Assembly (NCBI GenBank): GCA_029099685.1
Contig: JAQXOO010000033.1
Coordinates: forward strand, 6,623-70,622
Direction of reading: 5' to 3'
DNA from: Clostridia bacterium
GTDB lineage: Bacteria; Bacillota; Clostridia; Oscillospirales; Butyricicoccaceae
DNA: 64,000 bases
A program made the position numbers and the translations under genes. Of this stretch, positions 25,021-36,204 are shown in pieces. Numbering within the stretch: position 1 is the first letter of the stretch; the number at the start of each line of letters is the position of its first letter. The notes below the pieces were generated by a model. It was not told the origin of the DNA, made no database searches, and was given only the letters and a program-made list of their open reading frames with translations.

Positions 25021-25112
25021 ATAGGGAACCTCCGTACAGATTCGGCACAGGCGCCGGGGGAACAGTGCCTCCGGACGCGTTTTACAGATCTTTCAGCAAA
25101 GGAGAGAGAACA

Positions 25113-25784
25113 ATGGGCGTGCATGACGGCCACCGAAAGCGCCTGATCCGGCGCTCCCTGGAGCAGGGACTGGATGGGTTCGAGCCCCATCAGGTGCTGG
25201 AGCTGCTGCTGTTTTACGCCATCCCGCGCCAGGACACCAATGAGCTGGCCCACCGGCTGACAGAGGTGTTCGGCAGTCTGAAGGGCGTTTTTGACGCCCC
25301 TTACGAGCAGCTGCTGGAGGTGAGCGGCGTAGGCGAAAACACCGCCGCGCTGCTGAAGCTGATCCCCCAGCTGACCCGGCTCTATTTCGCCGCGGAGGAC
25401 AGCGACGTGATCGTTCAGTCAGCGGAAGCGGCCGCGGCCCTGCTGATGCCCCGGTTCATCGGGCGGCGGGTGGAGCTGGTGTATCTGATCTCAGTGGATG
25501 CCAAGGGGCGGGCGCTGTCGGTGGACCTGATCCACGAGGGCAGCATTCATGCTGCGGAGGCCAACGTGCGCAAGATCGCCTCAGTGGCCCTGCGGCACAA
25601 CGCGGCGGGCGTCCTGCTGGCCCATAACCATCCCGGGGGAATGGCACTGCCCTCCCGGGAGGATATTCTCACCACCCGGACCCTCCGCACGGCGCTGGAG
25701 GCCATGGACATCCAGCTGCTGGACCATATCATCGTGGCGGACCGGGAGTTCGTGTCCATGCGGGAAAGCGGCCATTTTGCATAA
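25113..25784 (+). CDS. radC: RadC-family JAB-domain protein
   Basis: ORF trimmed to MGVHDGHRKRL (RBS GGAGAGAG). It has HhH-like ELLEVSGVGENTAA and the JAMM motif LAHNHPGG. Confidence 0.85.
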   Translation: MGVHDGHRKRLIRRSLEQGLDGFEPHQVLELLLFYAIPRQDTNELAHRLTEVFGSLKGVFDAPYEQLLEVSGVGENTAALLKLIPQLTRLYFAAEDSDVIVQSAEAAAALLMPRFIGRRVELVYLISVDAKGRALSVDLIHEGSIHAAEANVRKIASVALRHNAAGVLLAHNHPGGMALPSREDILTTRTLRTALEAMDIQLLDHIIVADREFVSMRESGHFA

Positions 25785-25794
25785 AAAGCCCTTG

Positions 25795-25820
25795 CAGGCG
25801 GCGAAAGCCGCCTGTTTTTT
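25795..25820 (+). terminator. intrinsic terminator of radC
   Basis: CAGGCGGC GAAA GCCGCCTG followed by TTTTTT. Confidence 0.85.
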
Positions 25821-25900
25821 CGGAAGCGCCCGGGAAAAAGGCTCCGCCCCGGCACATACTGTCCGGGGAACGGGTTTTTCGATTTCCTGGGATCTCCCAC

Positions 25901-25929
25901 TTGCAATAGAACACCTGTTCTGCTATAAT
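25901..25929 (+). promoter_or_regulatory. sigma-A-type promoter of uvrBA (extended -10)
   Basis: TTGCAA (25901-25906), a 17-nt spacer, and TGcTATAAT (25921-25929). Confidence 0.6.
25909..25920. promoter_or_regulatory. LexA (Cheo/SOS) box GAACACCTGTTC
   Basis: Perfect GAAC-N4-GTTC palindrome inside the promoter spacer of uvrB, a canonical SOS gene in Firmicutes. Confidence 0.65.
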
Positions 25930-25969
25930 AGCAGAACAGCCAGAAAAAATCAACTGCCGGAGGTGCCGT

Positions 25970-27961
25970 ATGCCGGAATTTAAACTGAAAAGCGATTACC
26001 AGCCGGCGGGCGGCCAGCCGGAGGCCATTGAAAAGCTGGTGCAGGGCCTGCGGCTGGGGATGGAGGAGCAGACCATGCTGGGCGTCACCGGCGCGGGCAA
26101 GACCTTTGTCATGGCCAACGTCATCCAGCAGATGCAGCGGCCCACCCTGGTGCTCACCCACAACAAGACGCTGGCGGCCCAGCTCTGCTCGGAGTTCCGG
26201 GAGTTTTTCCCGGAAAACGCCGTGGAATTCTTCGTCAGTTACTATGATTATTATCAGCCGGAAGCATATATTCCCTCCACCGACACCTATATCGAAAAGG
26301 ATTCCGATGTGAATGCCGAGCTGGACCGCCTGCGCCACAGCGCCACCTCCAGCCTGTTTGAGCGGCGGGATGTGATCATCGTGGCCAGCGTATCCTGCAT
26401 CTACTCTCTGGGCAACCCCATTGATTACGCCAAGATGGTGATCTCCCTGCGCACCGGCCAGTCCTGGGACCGGGACGCCTTGTGCCGCCGGCTGGTGGAA
26501 CTGCAGTATGAGCGCAACGACCTGAACTTTGACCGCAACCGCTTCCGCGTCCGGGGGGATACGCTGGAGATCCGCCTGGCCTATACCGACGAATACGCCG
26601 TCCGCGTGGAGTTTTTCGGGGACGAGATCGACCGCATCTCCGAGATCCACCCGGTCACCGGCGCGCCCATGCGGCTGCTGGACCATGTGGCCATCTACCC
26701 CGCCTCCCATTATGTCACGCCCAGAGACAAGCTGGAGGAGGCCCTGAAGGACATCGAGGCCGAGATGGAGGAGCGGGTGAAGTTCTTTGAGAGCGAGGGC
26801 AAGCTCATCGAGGCCCAGCGTATCCGCCAGCGCACCGAATACGACATGGAGATGCTGCGGGAGATCGGCTTCTGCTCGGGCATTGAGAATTATTCCCGGG
26901 TCATGTCCCGGCGGGAACCGGGGAGCGCACCCTACACGCTGCTGGACTATATGCCAAAGGATTTTCTGATGTTCATCGATGAATCCCATGTGATGCTGCC
27001 TCAGGTCCGTGCCATGTATCACGGCGACCGGGCCAGAAAAGAGATGCTGGTGAACTACGGATTCCGCCTGCCCTCGGCCTTTGACAACCGGCCGCTGACC
27101 TTCCCGGAGTTTCAGCAGCGCATCCACCAGGTGATCTATGTCAGCGCCACCCCTGCGGAATATGAGAAAAGCCGTTCGGGGCAGATCGTGGAGCAGATCA
27201 TCCGCCCCACGGGACTGCTGGACCCGGAGGTGGAGGTGCGCCCCACCGAGGGCCAGATCGACGACCTGATGGCGGAGATCCGCCTGCGGGAGGAAAAGGG
27301 CCAGCGGGTGCTGGTGACCACCCTTACCAAGCGCATGGCCGAGGACCTGACCGACTACCTTTCCAAGCGGGACATCAAGGTCAAATATATGCACCATGAC
27401 ATCGACACCATCGAGCGGATGACCCTGCTGCGGGACCTGCGCCTGGGGCGCTTCCAGGTGCTGGTGGGCATCAACCTGCTGCGCGAGGGCCTGGACCTGC
27501 CGGAGGTGTCCCTGGTGGCGGTGCTGGACGCCGACAAGGAGGGCTTTCTGCGGTCCGAGACTTCGCTGATCCAGACCATCGGCCGCGCCGCCCGCAACGC
27601 GGAGGGCAAGGTCATTCTGTATGCCGACACGGTGACCCCCTCCATGCAGGCCGCCATGGACGAGACCCGGCGCCGCCGGAGCGTGCAGGACGCTTTCAAC
27701 AAGGCCCACGGTATCGTGCCCAAAACCATCTACAAGAGCGTCCGGGAGGTCATCGAGATCTCCCACGAGGCCGGGGCCAAGCTGCCCGCGGCCAGCCGCA
27801 AGAAGCTCAGCCTGGCGGCTGCGGAGGATGAGATCCGCCGGCTGGAGCGCCAGATGAAGGAGGCCTCCAAAATGCTGGAATTTGAGTACGCCGCCGTGCT
27901 GCGGGACCAGATCCGGGACCTGCGGAAGCAGGTGGAGGAGCAAAAGACCAAGAAGAAATAA
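25970..27961 (+). CDS. uvrB: excinuclease ABC subunit B
   Basis: 663 aa. Walker A GVTGAGKT, helicase motifs, and the C-terminal UVR domain ([14 protein letters not shown]). Confidence 0.97.
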   Translation: MPEFKLKSDYQPAGGQPEAIEKLVQGLRLGMEEQTMLGVTGAGKTFVMANVIQQMQRPTLVLTHNKTLAAQLCSEFREFFPENAVEFFVSYYDYYQPEAYIPSTDTYIEKDSDVNAELDRLRHSATSSLFERRDVIIVASVSCIYSLGNPIDYAKMVISLRTGQSWDRDALCRRLVELQYERNDLNFDRNRFRVRGDTLEIRLAYTDEYAVRVEFFGDEIDRISEIHPVTGAPMRLLDHVAIYPASHYVTPRDKLEEALKDIEAEMEERVKFFESEGKLIEAQRIRQRTEYDMEMLREIGFCSGIENYSRVMSRREPGSAPYTLLDYMPKDFLMFIDESHVMLPQVRAMYHGDRARKEMLVNYGFRLPSAFDNRPLTFPEFQQRIHQVIYVSATPAEYEKSRSGQIVEQIIRPTGLLDPEVEVRPTEGQIDDLMAEIRLREEKGQRVLVTTLTKRMAEDLTDYLSKRDIKVKYMHHDIDTIERMTLLRDLRLGRFQVLVGINLLREGLDLPEVSLVAVLDADKEGFLRSETSLIQTIGRAARNAEGKVILYADTVTPSMQAAMDETRRRRSVQDAFNKAHGIVPKTIYKSVREVIEISHEAGAKLPAASRKKLSLAAAEDEIRRLERQMKEASKMLEFEYAAVLRDQIRDLRKQVEEQKTKKK

Positions 27962-28021
27962 GAAGTTTCCGGCCCCGGCGGGGCGGTTATCCCATATCTC
28001 ATCAAAACGAGGTAACACCAT

Positions 28022-30877
28022 ATGCAAGATTCCATCATCATCAAGGGCGCGCGCGTCCATAACCTGAAAAACATCGACGTGGAGATCCCCCGGAACACCA
28101 TGACGGTGGTCACCGGCATCTCCGGCAGCGGAAAGAGCAGCCTGGCCTTCGACACCATCTATGCCGAGGGACAGCGGCGCTATGTGGAGTCCCTGTCCAG
28201 CTACGCCCGTATGTTCCTGGGACAGATGGAAAAACCCGACGTGGATTCCATCGACGGCCTGTCCCCGGCCATCTCCATCGACCAGAAGACCACCAGCAAA
28301 AACCCCCGCTCCACCGTGGGCACGGTCACCGAGATCTATGACTATCTGCGCCTGCTGTGGGCGCGCATCGGCGTTCCCCACTGTCCCAAGTGCGGCAAGG
28401 AGATCCGCCAGCAAAGCGTGGACCAGATCATCGACCAGCTGATGGCCCTGCCCCAGGGGACCCGGATGCAGGTGCTGGCCCCGGTGATCCGGGGACGGAA
28501 GGGCGAGTATCAGAAGGTGTTCGAGGACGCCCGCAGGAGCGGCTTTGTCCGGGTCCGGGTGGACGGCAGCAGCTATGACCTCAGCGAGGATATCAAGCCG
28601 GACAAGAACCTGAAGCACACCATCGAGATCGTGGTGGACCGCCTGGTGGTCAAGCCGGACATCGTCCGCCGCCTTACCGACTCGGTGGAGACCGCCACCC
28701 GCCTGTCCGGGGGCCTGGTGGTCATTGACCGGCTGGGAGCGGGGGAGGAGCTGACCTTTTCCCAGAACTATGCCTGTCCCGACTGCGGCATCTCCATCGA
28801 GGAGCTGACCCCCCGGATGTTTTCCTTCAACAATCCCTACGGCGCCTGCCCCACCTGTGACGGCTTGGGCATGAAGATGGAGGTGGACCCCGAGCGGGTG
28901 GTTCCCAACGGCCGCCTGTCCCTGAACCAGGGGGCGCTGAAGGCCTCCGGCTTTCAGACCATGGACGAAAACAGTATTTCCCGCACCTATATGCGGGCCA
29001 TGAGCGAAAAATACGGCTGGTCGCTGGACACGCCCTGGGACGAACTGCCCAAATCCGCCAGAAAAATGATCCTCTACGGCACCGGCACCGAGACGCTGGA
29101 TGTGCGCTTTTCCTGGGAGGGCGGCAAGCACAAGCCCCGGCCCTTTGAGGGCATCATCCCCAACCTGCAGCGGCGCTACATGGACAATTTCACCACCCAG
29201 GCCTCCAAGGAGGATATCGAGGCGTGCATGAGCGCCATTCCCTGCGCCGCCTGCCGGGGCAGAAGGCTGAAAAAAGAGATGCTGGCGGTCACGGTGGGCG
29301 GCAAAAACATCGCGGAGTTCTGCGAGCTTTCCATCACCGACGCCTTGAATTTTGTAGAGGGGCTGGAACTGACCGAAAAGGAGCGGCAGATCGCCGACCT
29401 GATCTTGAAGGAGATCCGTTCCCGGCTGCGGTTTTTGCAGAATGTGGGCCTGGAGTACCTGACCCTGTCCCGCTCCAGCGGCACCCTGTCCGGCGGCGAG
29501 AGCCAGCGCATCCGTCTGGCCACCCAGATCGGCTCGTCGCTGATGGGGGTGCTCTATGTGCTGGACGAGCCCTCCATCGGCCTGCACCAGCGGGACAACG
29601 ACAAGCTGCTGGCCACGCTGAAGCGCCTGCGGGACCTGGGCAATACCCTCATCGTGGTGGAGCATGACGAGGACACCATGCTGGCCGCCGACTGCATCGT
29701 GGACGTGGGCCCCGGCGCCGGCGTCCACGGCGGCGAGATCATCGCCGTGGGAACCGCCCGGGAGATCATGGAATGCAAGGACAGCCTCACCGGCCAGTAC
29801 CTTTCCGGGGCGCGGCGCATACCGGTGCCGGCGGTCCGGCGGAAGGGCAGCGGAAATGTGCTGCGCGTCCTGGGCGCCCGGGAGAACAATCTGAAAAATG
29901 TGGATGTGGACATCCCTCTGGGGACCTTCACGGTGGTCACCGGTGTTTCGGGCAGCGGAAAGAGCAGCCTGGTGAACGAGGTGCTTTACAAGGCGCTGGC
30001 CGCCCGGCTCAACGGCGCCCGCGACCGGGCGGGAAAGCACGAAGGCCTTCAAGGCCTGGAGCATCTGGACAAGGTCATCGCCATCGACCAAAGCCCCATC
30101 GGCCGCACCCCCCGGTCCAATCCCGCCACCTACACCGGTCTGTTCGGCGACATCCGGGAGCTGTTTTCCAAAACCCAGGACGCAAAGGCCCGGGGCTACG
30201 GACCGGGACGGTTCTCCTTCAACGTCCGGGGCGGCCGGTGCGAGTCCTGCTCGGGAGACGGCCTCATCAAGATCGAGATGCATTTCCTGCCGGACATCTA
30301 TGTGCCCTGCGACGTGTGCAAGGGCAAGCGCTACAACCGGGAGACGCTGGAGGTCAAATACAAGGACAAAAACATCCATGAGGTGCTGGACATGACGGTG
30401 GCCGAGGCGCTGCCCTTCTTCGAGAACCTCAGCAAGATCCGCAAAAAGCTGCAGACCCTGTACGATGTGGGCCTTTCCTATGTGAAGCTGGGCCAGTCTT
30501 CCACCACCCTGTCCGGCGGCGAGGCCCAGCGGGTCAAGCTGGCCACAGAGCTGGCACGGAAGGCCACCGGCCGCACCATTTATATCCTGGATGAGCCCAC
30601 CACCGGACTTCATGCCTATGACGTGCACAAGCTCATCGTGGTACTGCAGAAGCTGGTGGACGGCGGAAACACGGTGGTGGTCATCGAGCACAACCTGGAT
30701 GTGATCAAGACAGCGGACTACGTGATCGACCTGGGGCCCGAAGGCGGCGACCGGGGCGGAAATGTGGTGGCCTGCGGCACGCCCGAGGAGGTGGCGGAGG
30801 CGGAAGGCTCCCACACCGGGCGCTATCTGAAAAAGATCCTCCGGCGGGACCGGGAACGGGAAGAAGCGGGTCTGTAA
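28022..30877 (+). CDS. uvrA: excinuclease ABC subunit A
   Basis: 951 aa. Two ABC modules ([25 protein letters not shown]), zinc fingers ([19 protein letters not shown]) and LSGGE signatures. Confidence 0.97.
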   Translation: MQDSIIIKGARVHNLKNIDVEIPRNTMTVVTGISGSGKSSLAFDTIYAEGQRRYVESLSSYARMFLGQMEKPDVDSIDGLSPAISIDQKTTSKNPRSTVGTVTEIYDYLRLLWARIGVPHCPKCGKEIRQQSVDQIIDQLMALPQGTRMQVLAPVIRGRKGEYQKVFEDARRSGFVRVRVDGSSYDLSEDIKPDKNLKHTIEIVVDRLVVKPDIVRRLTDSVETATRLSGGLVVIDRLGAGEELTFSQNYACPDCGISIEELTPRMFSFNNPYGACPTCDGLGMKMEVDPERVVPNGRLSLNQGALKASGFQTMDENSISRTYMRAMSEKYGWSLDTPWDELPKSARKMILYGTGTETLDVRFSWEGGKHKPRPFEGIIPNLQRRYMDNFTTQASKEDIEACMSAIPCAACRGRRLKKEMLAVTVGGKNIAEFCELSITDALNFVEGLELTEKERQIADLILKEIRSRLRFLQNVGLEYLTLSRSSGTLSGGESQRIRLATQIGSSLMGVLYVLDEPSIGLHQRDNDKLLATLKRLRDLGNTLIVVEHDEDTMLAADCIVDVGPGAGVHGGEIIAVGTAREIMECKDSLTGQYLSGARRIPVPAVRRKGSGNVLRVLGARENNLKNVDVDIPLGTFTVVTGVSGSGKSSLVNEVLYKALAARLNGARDRAGKHEGLQGLEHLDKVIAIDQSPIGRTPRSNPATYTGLFGDIRELFSKTQDAKARGYGPGRFSFNVRGGRCESCSGDGLIKIEMHFLPDIYVPCDVCKGKRYNRETLEVKYKDKNIHEVLDMTVAEALPFFENLSKIRKKLQTLYDVGLSYVKLGQSSTTLSGGEAQRVKLATELARKATGRTIYILDEPTTGLHAYDVHKLIVVLQKLVDGGNTVVVIEHNLDVIKTADYVIDLGPEGGDRGGNVVACGTPEEVAEAEGSHTGRYLKKILRRDREREEAGL

Positions 30878-30966
30878 CTTTTTTTGTAAAATTGCAGGAA
30901 AAGACTTCCCAAATCCACCAAAGTAGTTTAAAATAGGGGAAGAATTCAAAAAAGGTGGAGATCAGC

Positions 30967-31689
30967 ATGGAAACGCCAAAATATCAGCGCATCCTTCTGA
31001 AGATCAGCGGCGAGGCCCTGGCCGGCGAGGCAAGGACCGGTCTGGATTTCCAGATCCTCAACACCGTGGCGCAGGCCATCGGCGACTGTGTGAAAGCCGG
31101 AGCCCAGGTGGCCATGGTGGTGGGCGCGGGCAACTTCTGGAGGGGCGTGAGAAACGGCGAAGGGAAGATCGAGCGCACCCGCTCCGATTACATGGGGATG
31201 CTGGGCACCACCATGAACGCTCTGGCCCTGTGCGATGTGCTGGAGCAGCACGGCGTTCCCGCCGTGGTGCAGAACGCGCTGGATATCCAGAAGGTCTCTG
31301 AGCCGTATAACCGGGTCAACGCCGTGAACCATCTGAAAAAGGGCACTGTTGTGATCTTCGCCGGCGGCAGCGGCTGCCCGTTCTTCTCCACGGATACCGC
31401 CGCGGCCCTGCGGGCCGCCGAGATCGGGGCGGACGCCATCCTGCTGGCAAAGAACATCGACGGCGTATATGACGCCGACCCCGCCAAGGTCCCCACGGCG
31501 AAGAAATTTGACCGCATCTCCTATAACGAGGTGCTGGCCCGGGGCCTGGGTGTCATGGACACCACAGCTACCGCGCTGGCCATGGACAATCATATCCCCG
31601 TGCTGGTCTTTGCCCTGAAGGACCCCGCCAACATCAAGCGGGTACTCATGGGCGAGGAGATCGGCACCTATGTGGGAACGGACGTCTGA
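30967..31689 (+). CDS. pyrH: UMP kinase
   Basis: Start METPKYQRILLKISGEAL after an AGGTGGAG RBS (the track ORF begins at a GTG 12 nt earlier). It has the amino-acid-kinase-fold motifs. Confidence 0.95.
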   Translation: METPKYQRILLKISGEALAGEARTGLDFQILNTVAQAIGDCVKAGAQVAMVVGAGNFWRGVRNGEGKIERTRSDYMGMLGTTMNALALCDVLEQHGVPAVVQNALDIQKVSEPYNRVNAVNHLKKGTVVIFAGGSGCPFFSTDTAAALRAAEIGADAILLAKNIDGVYDADPAKVPTAKKFDRISYNEVLARGLGVMDTTATALAMDNHIPVLVFALKDPANIKRVLMGEEIGTYVGTDV

Positions 31690-31721
31690 TTATTTTTGAA
31701 AATAAAACGGAGGTACATGTT

Positions 31722-32276
31722 ATGAATCCGAAGTGTGAACAGTATAAGGCCAAGATGGAAAAGACCATCGACGTGATGAAGTCTGAGTTCAATACCATCC
31801 GCGCCGGCCGCGCCAACGCCGCCGTCCTGGACAAGATCACCGTGGACTATTACGGCGCTCCCACACCTATTCAGCAGATCGCTTCCATTTCCACCCCCGA
31901 ACCCCGTATGCTGGCCATCCAGCCCTGGGACAGCAGCGCACTGAAACTGATCGAAAAGGCTATCCTGGCTTCTGATCTGGGCATCAACCCCACCAACGAC
32001 GGCAAGGTCATCCGCCTGCTGTTCCCCCAGCTCACCGAGGAGCGCCGCCGCGACCTGTCCAAGGAGGTCCGCAACATGGCTGAGGGCGGCAAGGTCGCCA
32101 TCCGCAACATCCGCCGGGACGCCATCGATACCTTCAAAAAGGCGCAGAAGGCTTCTGAGATCACCGAGGACGACCTGAAGGGTCTGGAAAAGGATATGCA
32201 GGACCTCACCGACAAGTACGTCAAGGAAGTGGACGTTGAGTCCGCCAAGAAGGAAAAGGAACTGATGGAGCTGTAA
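31722..32276 (+). CDS. frr: ribosome recycling factor
   Basis: 184 aa. TIRAGRANAAVLD and LTEERRRDL motifs. Confidence 0.95.
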   Translation: MNPKCEQYKAKMEKTIDVMKSEFNTIRAGRANAAVLDKITVDYYGAPTPIQQIASISTPEPRMLAIQPWDSSALKLIEKAILASDLGINPTNDGKVIRLLFPQLTEERRRDLSKEVRNMAEGGKVAIRNIRRDAIDTFKKAQKASEITEDDLKGLEKDMQDLTDKYVKEVDVESAKKEKELMEL

Positions 32277-32354
32277 GCTGCCGCCTTTCCCCAATAAAAC
32301 AGAACTACGGAGGGCGGCGCTGCGCGTCGCCCTCATCGTATCATAGGAGCAAGT

Positions 32355-33095
32355 ATGGTATTTGGCAGAAAAAGGGAAAAGCTCCGGCTGGACCCGGAAA
32401 ATATTCCCGCCCACATCGCCGTCATTATGGACGGCAACGGCCGCTGGGCGCAAAAGCGGGGCCTGCCCCGCACCGCCGGCCATTCCGCCGGCAGCGAAGC
32501 CTTCCAGCGGGCGGCGGAGCACCTGTCCGACCTGGGGGTGAACTATTTCACCGTTTATGCCTTTTCCACCGAAAACTGGAAACGGCCCCAGGAAGAAGTG
32601 GGGGCCATCATGGGACTGTTGGACCGCTATCTTCACAAAGCCATCCGGGAGATGGCGCAAAAGAACATCCGCCTGCGGTTTTTCGGTGACCTTTCCCCCT
32701 TGTCCGATTCTCTGAAAACGCTCATCGCCGAGACTGACAGCATTTCGGCCTGCACCTCGGGTATGCAGGTGAATGTGTGCCTGAACTACGGCGGCCGCGA
32801 CGAGCTGACCCGCGCCGCACGGCAGCTGGCTCAGGAATGCGTCCGGGGCAGCCTGCGTCCGGAGGATATTTCCGAGGACCTGGTGTCCGCACGGCTGTAT
32901 TCCGCGGGCATCCCCGACCCGGACCTGATGATCCGTCCCGGAGGAGAGCTGCGCCTGTCCAACTTTTTGCTGTGGCAGAACGCCTATTCGGAGTTTTATT
33001 TTACCGACACCCTGTGGCCTGATATGAACGAAGCGGAATTGGATCGCGCCATTGCCGTTTACCAGCGCCGCAAACGCCGTTACGGAGGGATCTGA
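32355..33095 (+). CDS. uppS: isoprenyl transferase (undecaprenyl diphosphate synthase)
   Basis: HIAVIMDGNGRWA, FSTENWKRP and RLSNFLLWQ motifs. Confidence 0.95.
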   Translation: MVFGRKREKLRLDPENIPAHIAVIMDGNGRWAQKRGLPRTAGHSAGSEAFQRAAEHLSDLGVNYFTVYAFSTENWKRPQEEVGAIMGLLDRYLHKAIREMAQKNIRLRFFGDLSPLSDSLKTLIAETDSISACTSGMQVNVCLNYGGRDELTRAARQLAQECVRGSLRPEDISEDLVSARLYSAGIPDPDLMIRPGGELRLSNFLLWQNAYSEFYFTDTLWPDMNEAELDRAIAVYQRRKRRYGGI

Positions 33096-33099
33096 AACC

Positions 33100-33921
33100 A
33101 TGAAAACACGTGTCATCACCGCCATTGTGGCCATCGGCCTGTTTATACCGCTGCTGTTTTTCCTGCCCACCGTCTGCCTGACGGCGGTGTGCGGGGGAAT
33201 GATGGCGGTGGGCGCCTGGGAACTGCTGTATGCCACCGGGTCCTGCCCCAAGCACCCGTTTCTGTATATCAGCTGCGCCGCCGCCTTCCTGGTCCCGTGG
33301 GTGCTCAGCCGGCCAGACGCGCCCCTGTGGCCCTTTTTGACGGTGTGCGCCCTGTACATGATGGCCGCCTTTGCCTGCGGGGTCTTTGATCACGAACATA
33401 TTACCTACGATATGCTGGGAAAGGGCTTTCTGGCAGCCATCATCCTGCCGCTGTGCTTTTCCTCCTTCCTGCGCATCCGCAACGGAGACAACGGTACGCT
33501 GCTGGTGCTGATGCCCTGGGTCACCGTCTGGGTGTGCGACAGCTTCGCCCTGTTTACCGGCATGGCCTTCGGCAAGCACAAGCTGGCCCCCTATGTCAGC
33601 CCCAAAAAGACCGTGGAGGGCTCTGTGGGCGGCCTGGTCTTTGCCGTTCTGGCCTGTATCCTGTACACGGTTGTGCTGGACAAGGCCTTCAGCCTGAGCC
33701 TGCCCCTGTGGTCCGCCGTGCTGTACGGCATTGTGGGCTCCACGGCGGGGCAGATCGGCGATTTGAGCCTGTCGGTCATCAAGCGGGGCGCGGGCATCAA
33801 GGACTACGGGAACCTGTTCCCCGGCCACGGCGGCGTCTGGGACCGGTTTGACAGCATCCTGTTTGCCGCGCCGCTGTTTGAACTGCTGTATTTGCACATA
33901 CTTCCCAGGATCGGGGGATAA
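33100..33921 (+). CDS. cdsA: phosphatidate cytidylyltransferase
   Basis: ORF trimmed to MKTRVITAIV (RBS GGAGGGA). Multi-TM, with the C-terminal signature SVIKRGAGIKDYGNLFPGHGGVWDRFDS. Confidence 0.9.
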   Translation: MKTRVITAIVAIGLFIPLLFFLPTVCLTAVCGGMMAVGAWELLYATGSCPKHPFLYISCAAAFLVPWVLSRPDAPLWPFLTVCALYMMAAFACGVFDHEHITYDMLGKGFLAAIILPLCFSSFLRIRNGDNGTLLVLMPWVTVWVCDSFALFTGMAFGKHKLAPYVSPKKTVEGSVGGLVFAVLACILYTVVLDKAFSLSLPLWSAVLYGIVGSTAGQIGDLSLSVIKRGAGIKDYGNLFPGHGGVWDRFDSILFAAPLFELLYLHILPRIGG

Positions 33922-33927
33922 ACTATC

Positions 33928-35067
33928 ATGAAAACACTTTCCGTCATCGGCTCCACCGGCTCCATCGGGGTACAGACCCTGGAGGTGGCGGCGGAGCGGG
34001 GCTACCGCGTCGCCGGGCTTGCCGCCGGCAAAAACGCCGCTGCGCTGGAACGGCAGATCCTGCAGTTCCGGCCCCGGGTGGCCGCCCTGCGGGACCCTCA
34101 GGCGGGCAAAGCCCTTGCGGAGAAACTGAGCGGGGTCTGTGATACCCGGATCCTCTGGGGTGAGGAGGGCGTGTGCCGGACAGCAGCCCTGGAGGAAGCC
34201 GGCCTGGTGCTCAACGCCGCGGTGGGCATCGCCGGCCTGCGGCCCACCGTGGCCGCCATAGAGGCGGGCAAGACCCTGGCTCTGGCCAACAAGGAATCCC
34301 TGGTGTGCGCCGGCGAACTGGTCAACAGGCTGGCGGCGGCCCACGGCGTGTCCATCCTGCCGGTGGACTCCGAGCACAGCGCCATCTTCCAGTGCCTGCA
34401 GGGCAGCCGCGGGGGAGAAGTGGAGCGGCTGATCCTTACCGCCTCCGGCGGACCGTTTTTCGGTAAAACAGCGGCAGAAATGGAACATATGGGCCCCCAG
34501 CAGGCACTGAAGCATCCCAGCTGGTCTATGGGGGCCAAGATCACGGTGGATTCCGCCACCATGATGAACAAGGGCTTTGAAATGATCGAGGCCATGCACC
34601 TGTTCGGCGTGCGCCCGGATCAGATCGATGTGGTGGTGCACCGGGAGAGCATCGTGCATTCCCTGGTCGAGTTTCGGGACGGCAGCGTGCTGGCCCAGCT
34701 GTCGCCGCCGGATATGCGCCTGCCCATCCAGTATGCCGTGGACTATCCGGACCGGCAGTATGCTCCACGCAGGCGCCTGGACCTGGCCGCGCTGGGCAGG
34801 CTGACCTTTTTCGCTCCCGATGAGGAGGCCTTTCCGGCCATGAAGCTGTGCCGGGAAGTGATGGAAAAGGGAGGCAACCTGGGCGCCGCTGTCAACGGCG
34901 CCAACGAGGTGGCGGTGGCCGCTTTTTTGGCGGGAAAGATCCCCTTCGGCAGGATCTATCCCATGGTGGAGCGGGTGGCTCGTGCCGTGCCCTTCATCCC
35001 GGCCCCCACGCTGGAAGACATCTTTGAGACCGACCGGCAGGCCCGGGCGGCGGTAACTATGGAATAA
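33928..35067 (+). CDS. dxr: 1-deoxy-D-xylulose 5-phosphate reductoisomerase
   Basis: SVIGSTGSIGVQTL, LANKESLV, PVDSEHSAIFQCL and HPSWSMG motifs. Confidence 0.95.
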   Translation: MKTLSVIGSTGSIGVQTLEVAAERGYRVAGLAAGKNAAALERQILQFRPRVAALRDPQAGKALAEKLSGVCDTRILWGEEGVCRTAALEEAGLVLNAAVGIAGLRPTVAAIEAGKTLALANKESLVCAGELVNRLAAAHGVSILPVDSEHSAIFQCLQGSRGGEVERLILTASGGPFFGKTAAEMEHMGPQQALKHPSWSMGAKITVDSATMMNKGFEMIEAMHLFGVRPDQIDVVVHRESIVHSLVEFRDGSVLAQLSPPDMRLPIQYAVDYPDRQYAPRRRLDLAALGRLTFFAPDEEAFPAMKLCREVMEKGGNLGAAVNGANEVAVAAFLAGKIPFGRIYPMVERVARAVPFIPAPTLEDIFETDRQARAAVTME

Positions 35068-35079
35068 AGGCGGTATCAA

Positions 35080-36168
35080 ATGAGTTATATTCTTGCGATC
35101 ATCGTTTTCGGACTGCTGATCTTCGTGCATGAACTGGGCCACTTCCTTGTGGCAAAGCTTTCCGGCATCACCGTTTTGCAGTTCACCATCGGCTTCGGCC
35201 CGGCCATCTTCAAGAAAAAGGTAGGCGAGACTCTGTACGCCGTCCGTCTGCTGCCCCTGGGCGGCGCGGTGATGATGCAGGGCGAGGGGGACGAGGACGC
35301 GGAAAAGCTGCTCACCGGCGAGAAGGAATTCCGCGCGGATGAACAGCCTCTGCCGCCCGAGGGCAGCTATGCGGAGGCAAGCCTGCCCCGGCGCTTCGCC
35401 GTTTGCGTGGCGGGCGCGGCCATGAATTTTCTCACCGGCCTGATCATCGTGTTCCTTCTTTTGCTGCCTTACAGCTACCGCAGTGTCCCGGTGATCTCGG
35501 GCTTTCTGGAGGGCTTTCCCTATGCGGCGGAGGATAACGGCGGCGTGGGCTTTGAGGTGGGGGACCGGATCGTCCGGGTCAATGACTTCCACATCTTCAC
35601 CATGTCGGATTTTTCCACCGCCATGATGTACGATGATGACGCCCGCTACGATATCACCATCCGGCGGGGAGACGAAAAGATCCAGCTCCGGGATTTTGAG
35701 ATGAAGGCCACCGTTCTGGACCAGGACAGCGGCAGCTACCTTTATGGGTTCCAGCTGACGGCGGCGGAGCTGGGCTTCTTTGACAAAATGGTCTATGCCT
35801 GCAAGACCTCCATGACCTATCTTCAGTCCGCGGTGCTGGGCGTCAAGATGATGCTCACCGGACAGGTGGGCACCCAGGACATGATGGGCACCGTGGGCAT
35901 TGCCAGCCAGATGGGAGAGATGGCCCGCACCTCCATGTCCACCATGTGGAATTTTGTGGCCTATATCAGCATCAACCTGGCCTTTGTCAACCTGCTGCCC
36001 ATCCCGGCACTGGACGGCGGAAAGGTGCTGTTTCTGCTCATCGAGCTGGTCCGGGGCAAAAAGCTGGATCCCAAGTACGAGGGCGTGGCGTCCATGGTGG
36101 GCCTGATCCTGATCCTGGCGCTGTTCGTCTTTGTCACCTATCACGATATTTTGCGCATTGTGCGCTGA
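35080..36168 (+). CDS. rseP: RIP site-2 metalloprotease, M50 family (RseP/RasP)
   Basis: HELGHFLVAK zinc motif, an internal PDZ region, and a C-terminal NLLPIPALDGG. Confidence 0.9.
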   Translation: MSYILAIIVFGLLIFVHELGHFLVAKLSGITVLQFTIGFGPAIFKKKVGETLYAVRLLPLGGAVMMQGEGDEDAEKLLTGEKEFRADEQPLPPEGSYAEASLPRRFAVCVAGAAMNFLTGLIIVFLLLLPYSYRSVPVISGFLEGFPYAAEDNGGVGFEVGDRIVRVNDFHIFTMSDFSTAMMYDDDARYDITIRRGDEKIQLRDFEMKATVLDQDSGSYLYGFQLTAAELGFFDKMVYACKTSMTYLQSAVLGVKMMLTGQVGTQDMMGTVGIASQMGEMARTSMSTMWNFVAYISINLAFVNLLPIPALDGGKVLFLLIELVRGKKLDPKYEGVASMVGLILILALFVFVTYHDILRIVR

Positions 36169-36204
36169 ACAGGCGTTCCTGACGGAAAAAGGGAGTTTAA
36201 ACAT

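Noticed and set aside
25547-30949. 1800-aa minus-strand ORF, the longest in the track, spanning the radC 3' end, uvrB, uvrA and both intergenic regions
   Set aside because: Its codons are exactly the reverse complements of the uvrB and uvrA codons. (30947-25970) and (28022-25970) are both multiples of 3, so the two genes share a frame. It stays open only because these GC-rich genes avoid TTA, CTA and TCA codons, which read as stops on the other strand. The product is low-complexity (G/A/L/V/H/Q/D/P rich) with no motifs, whereas the plus-strand genes are unmistakable UvrB and UvrA.
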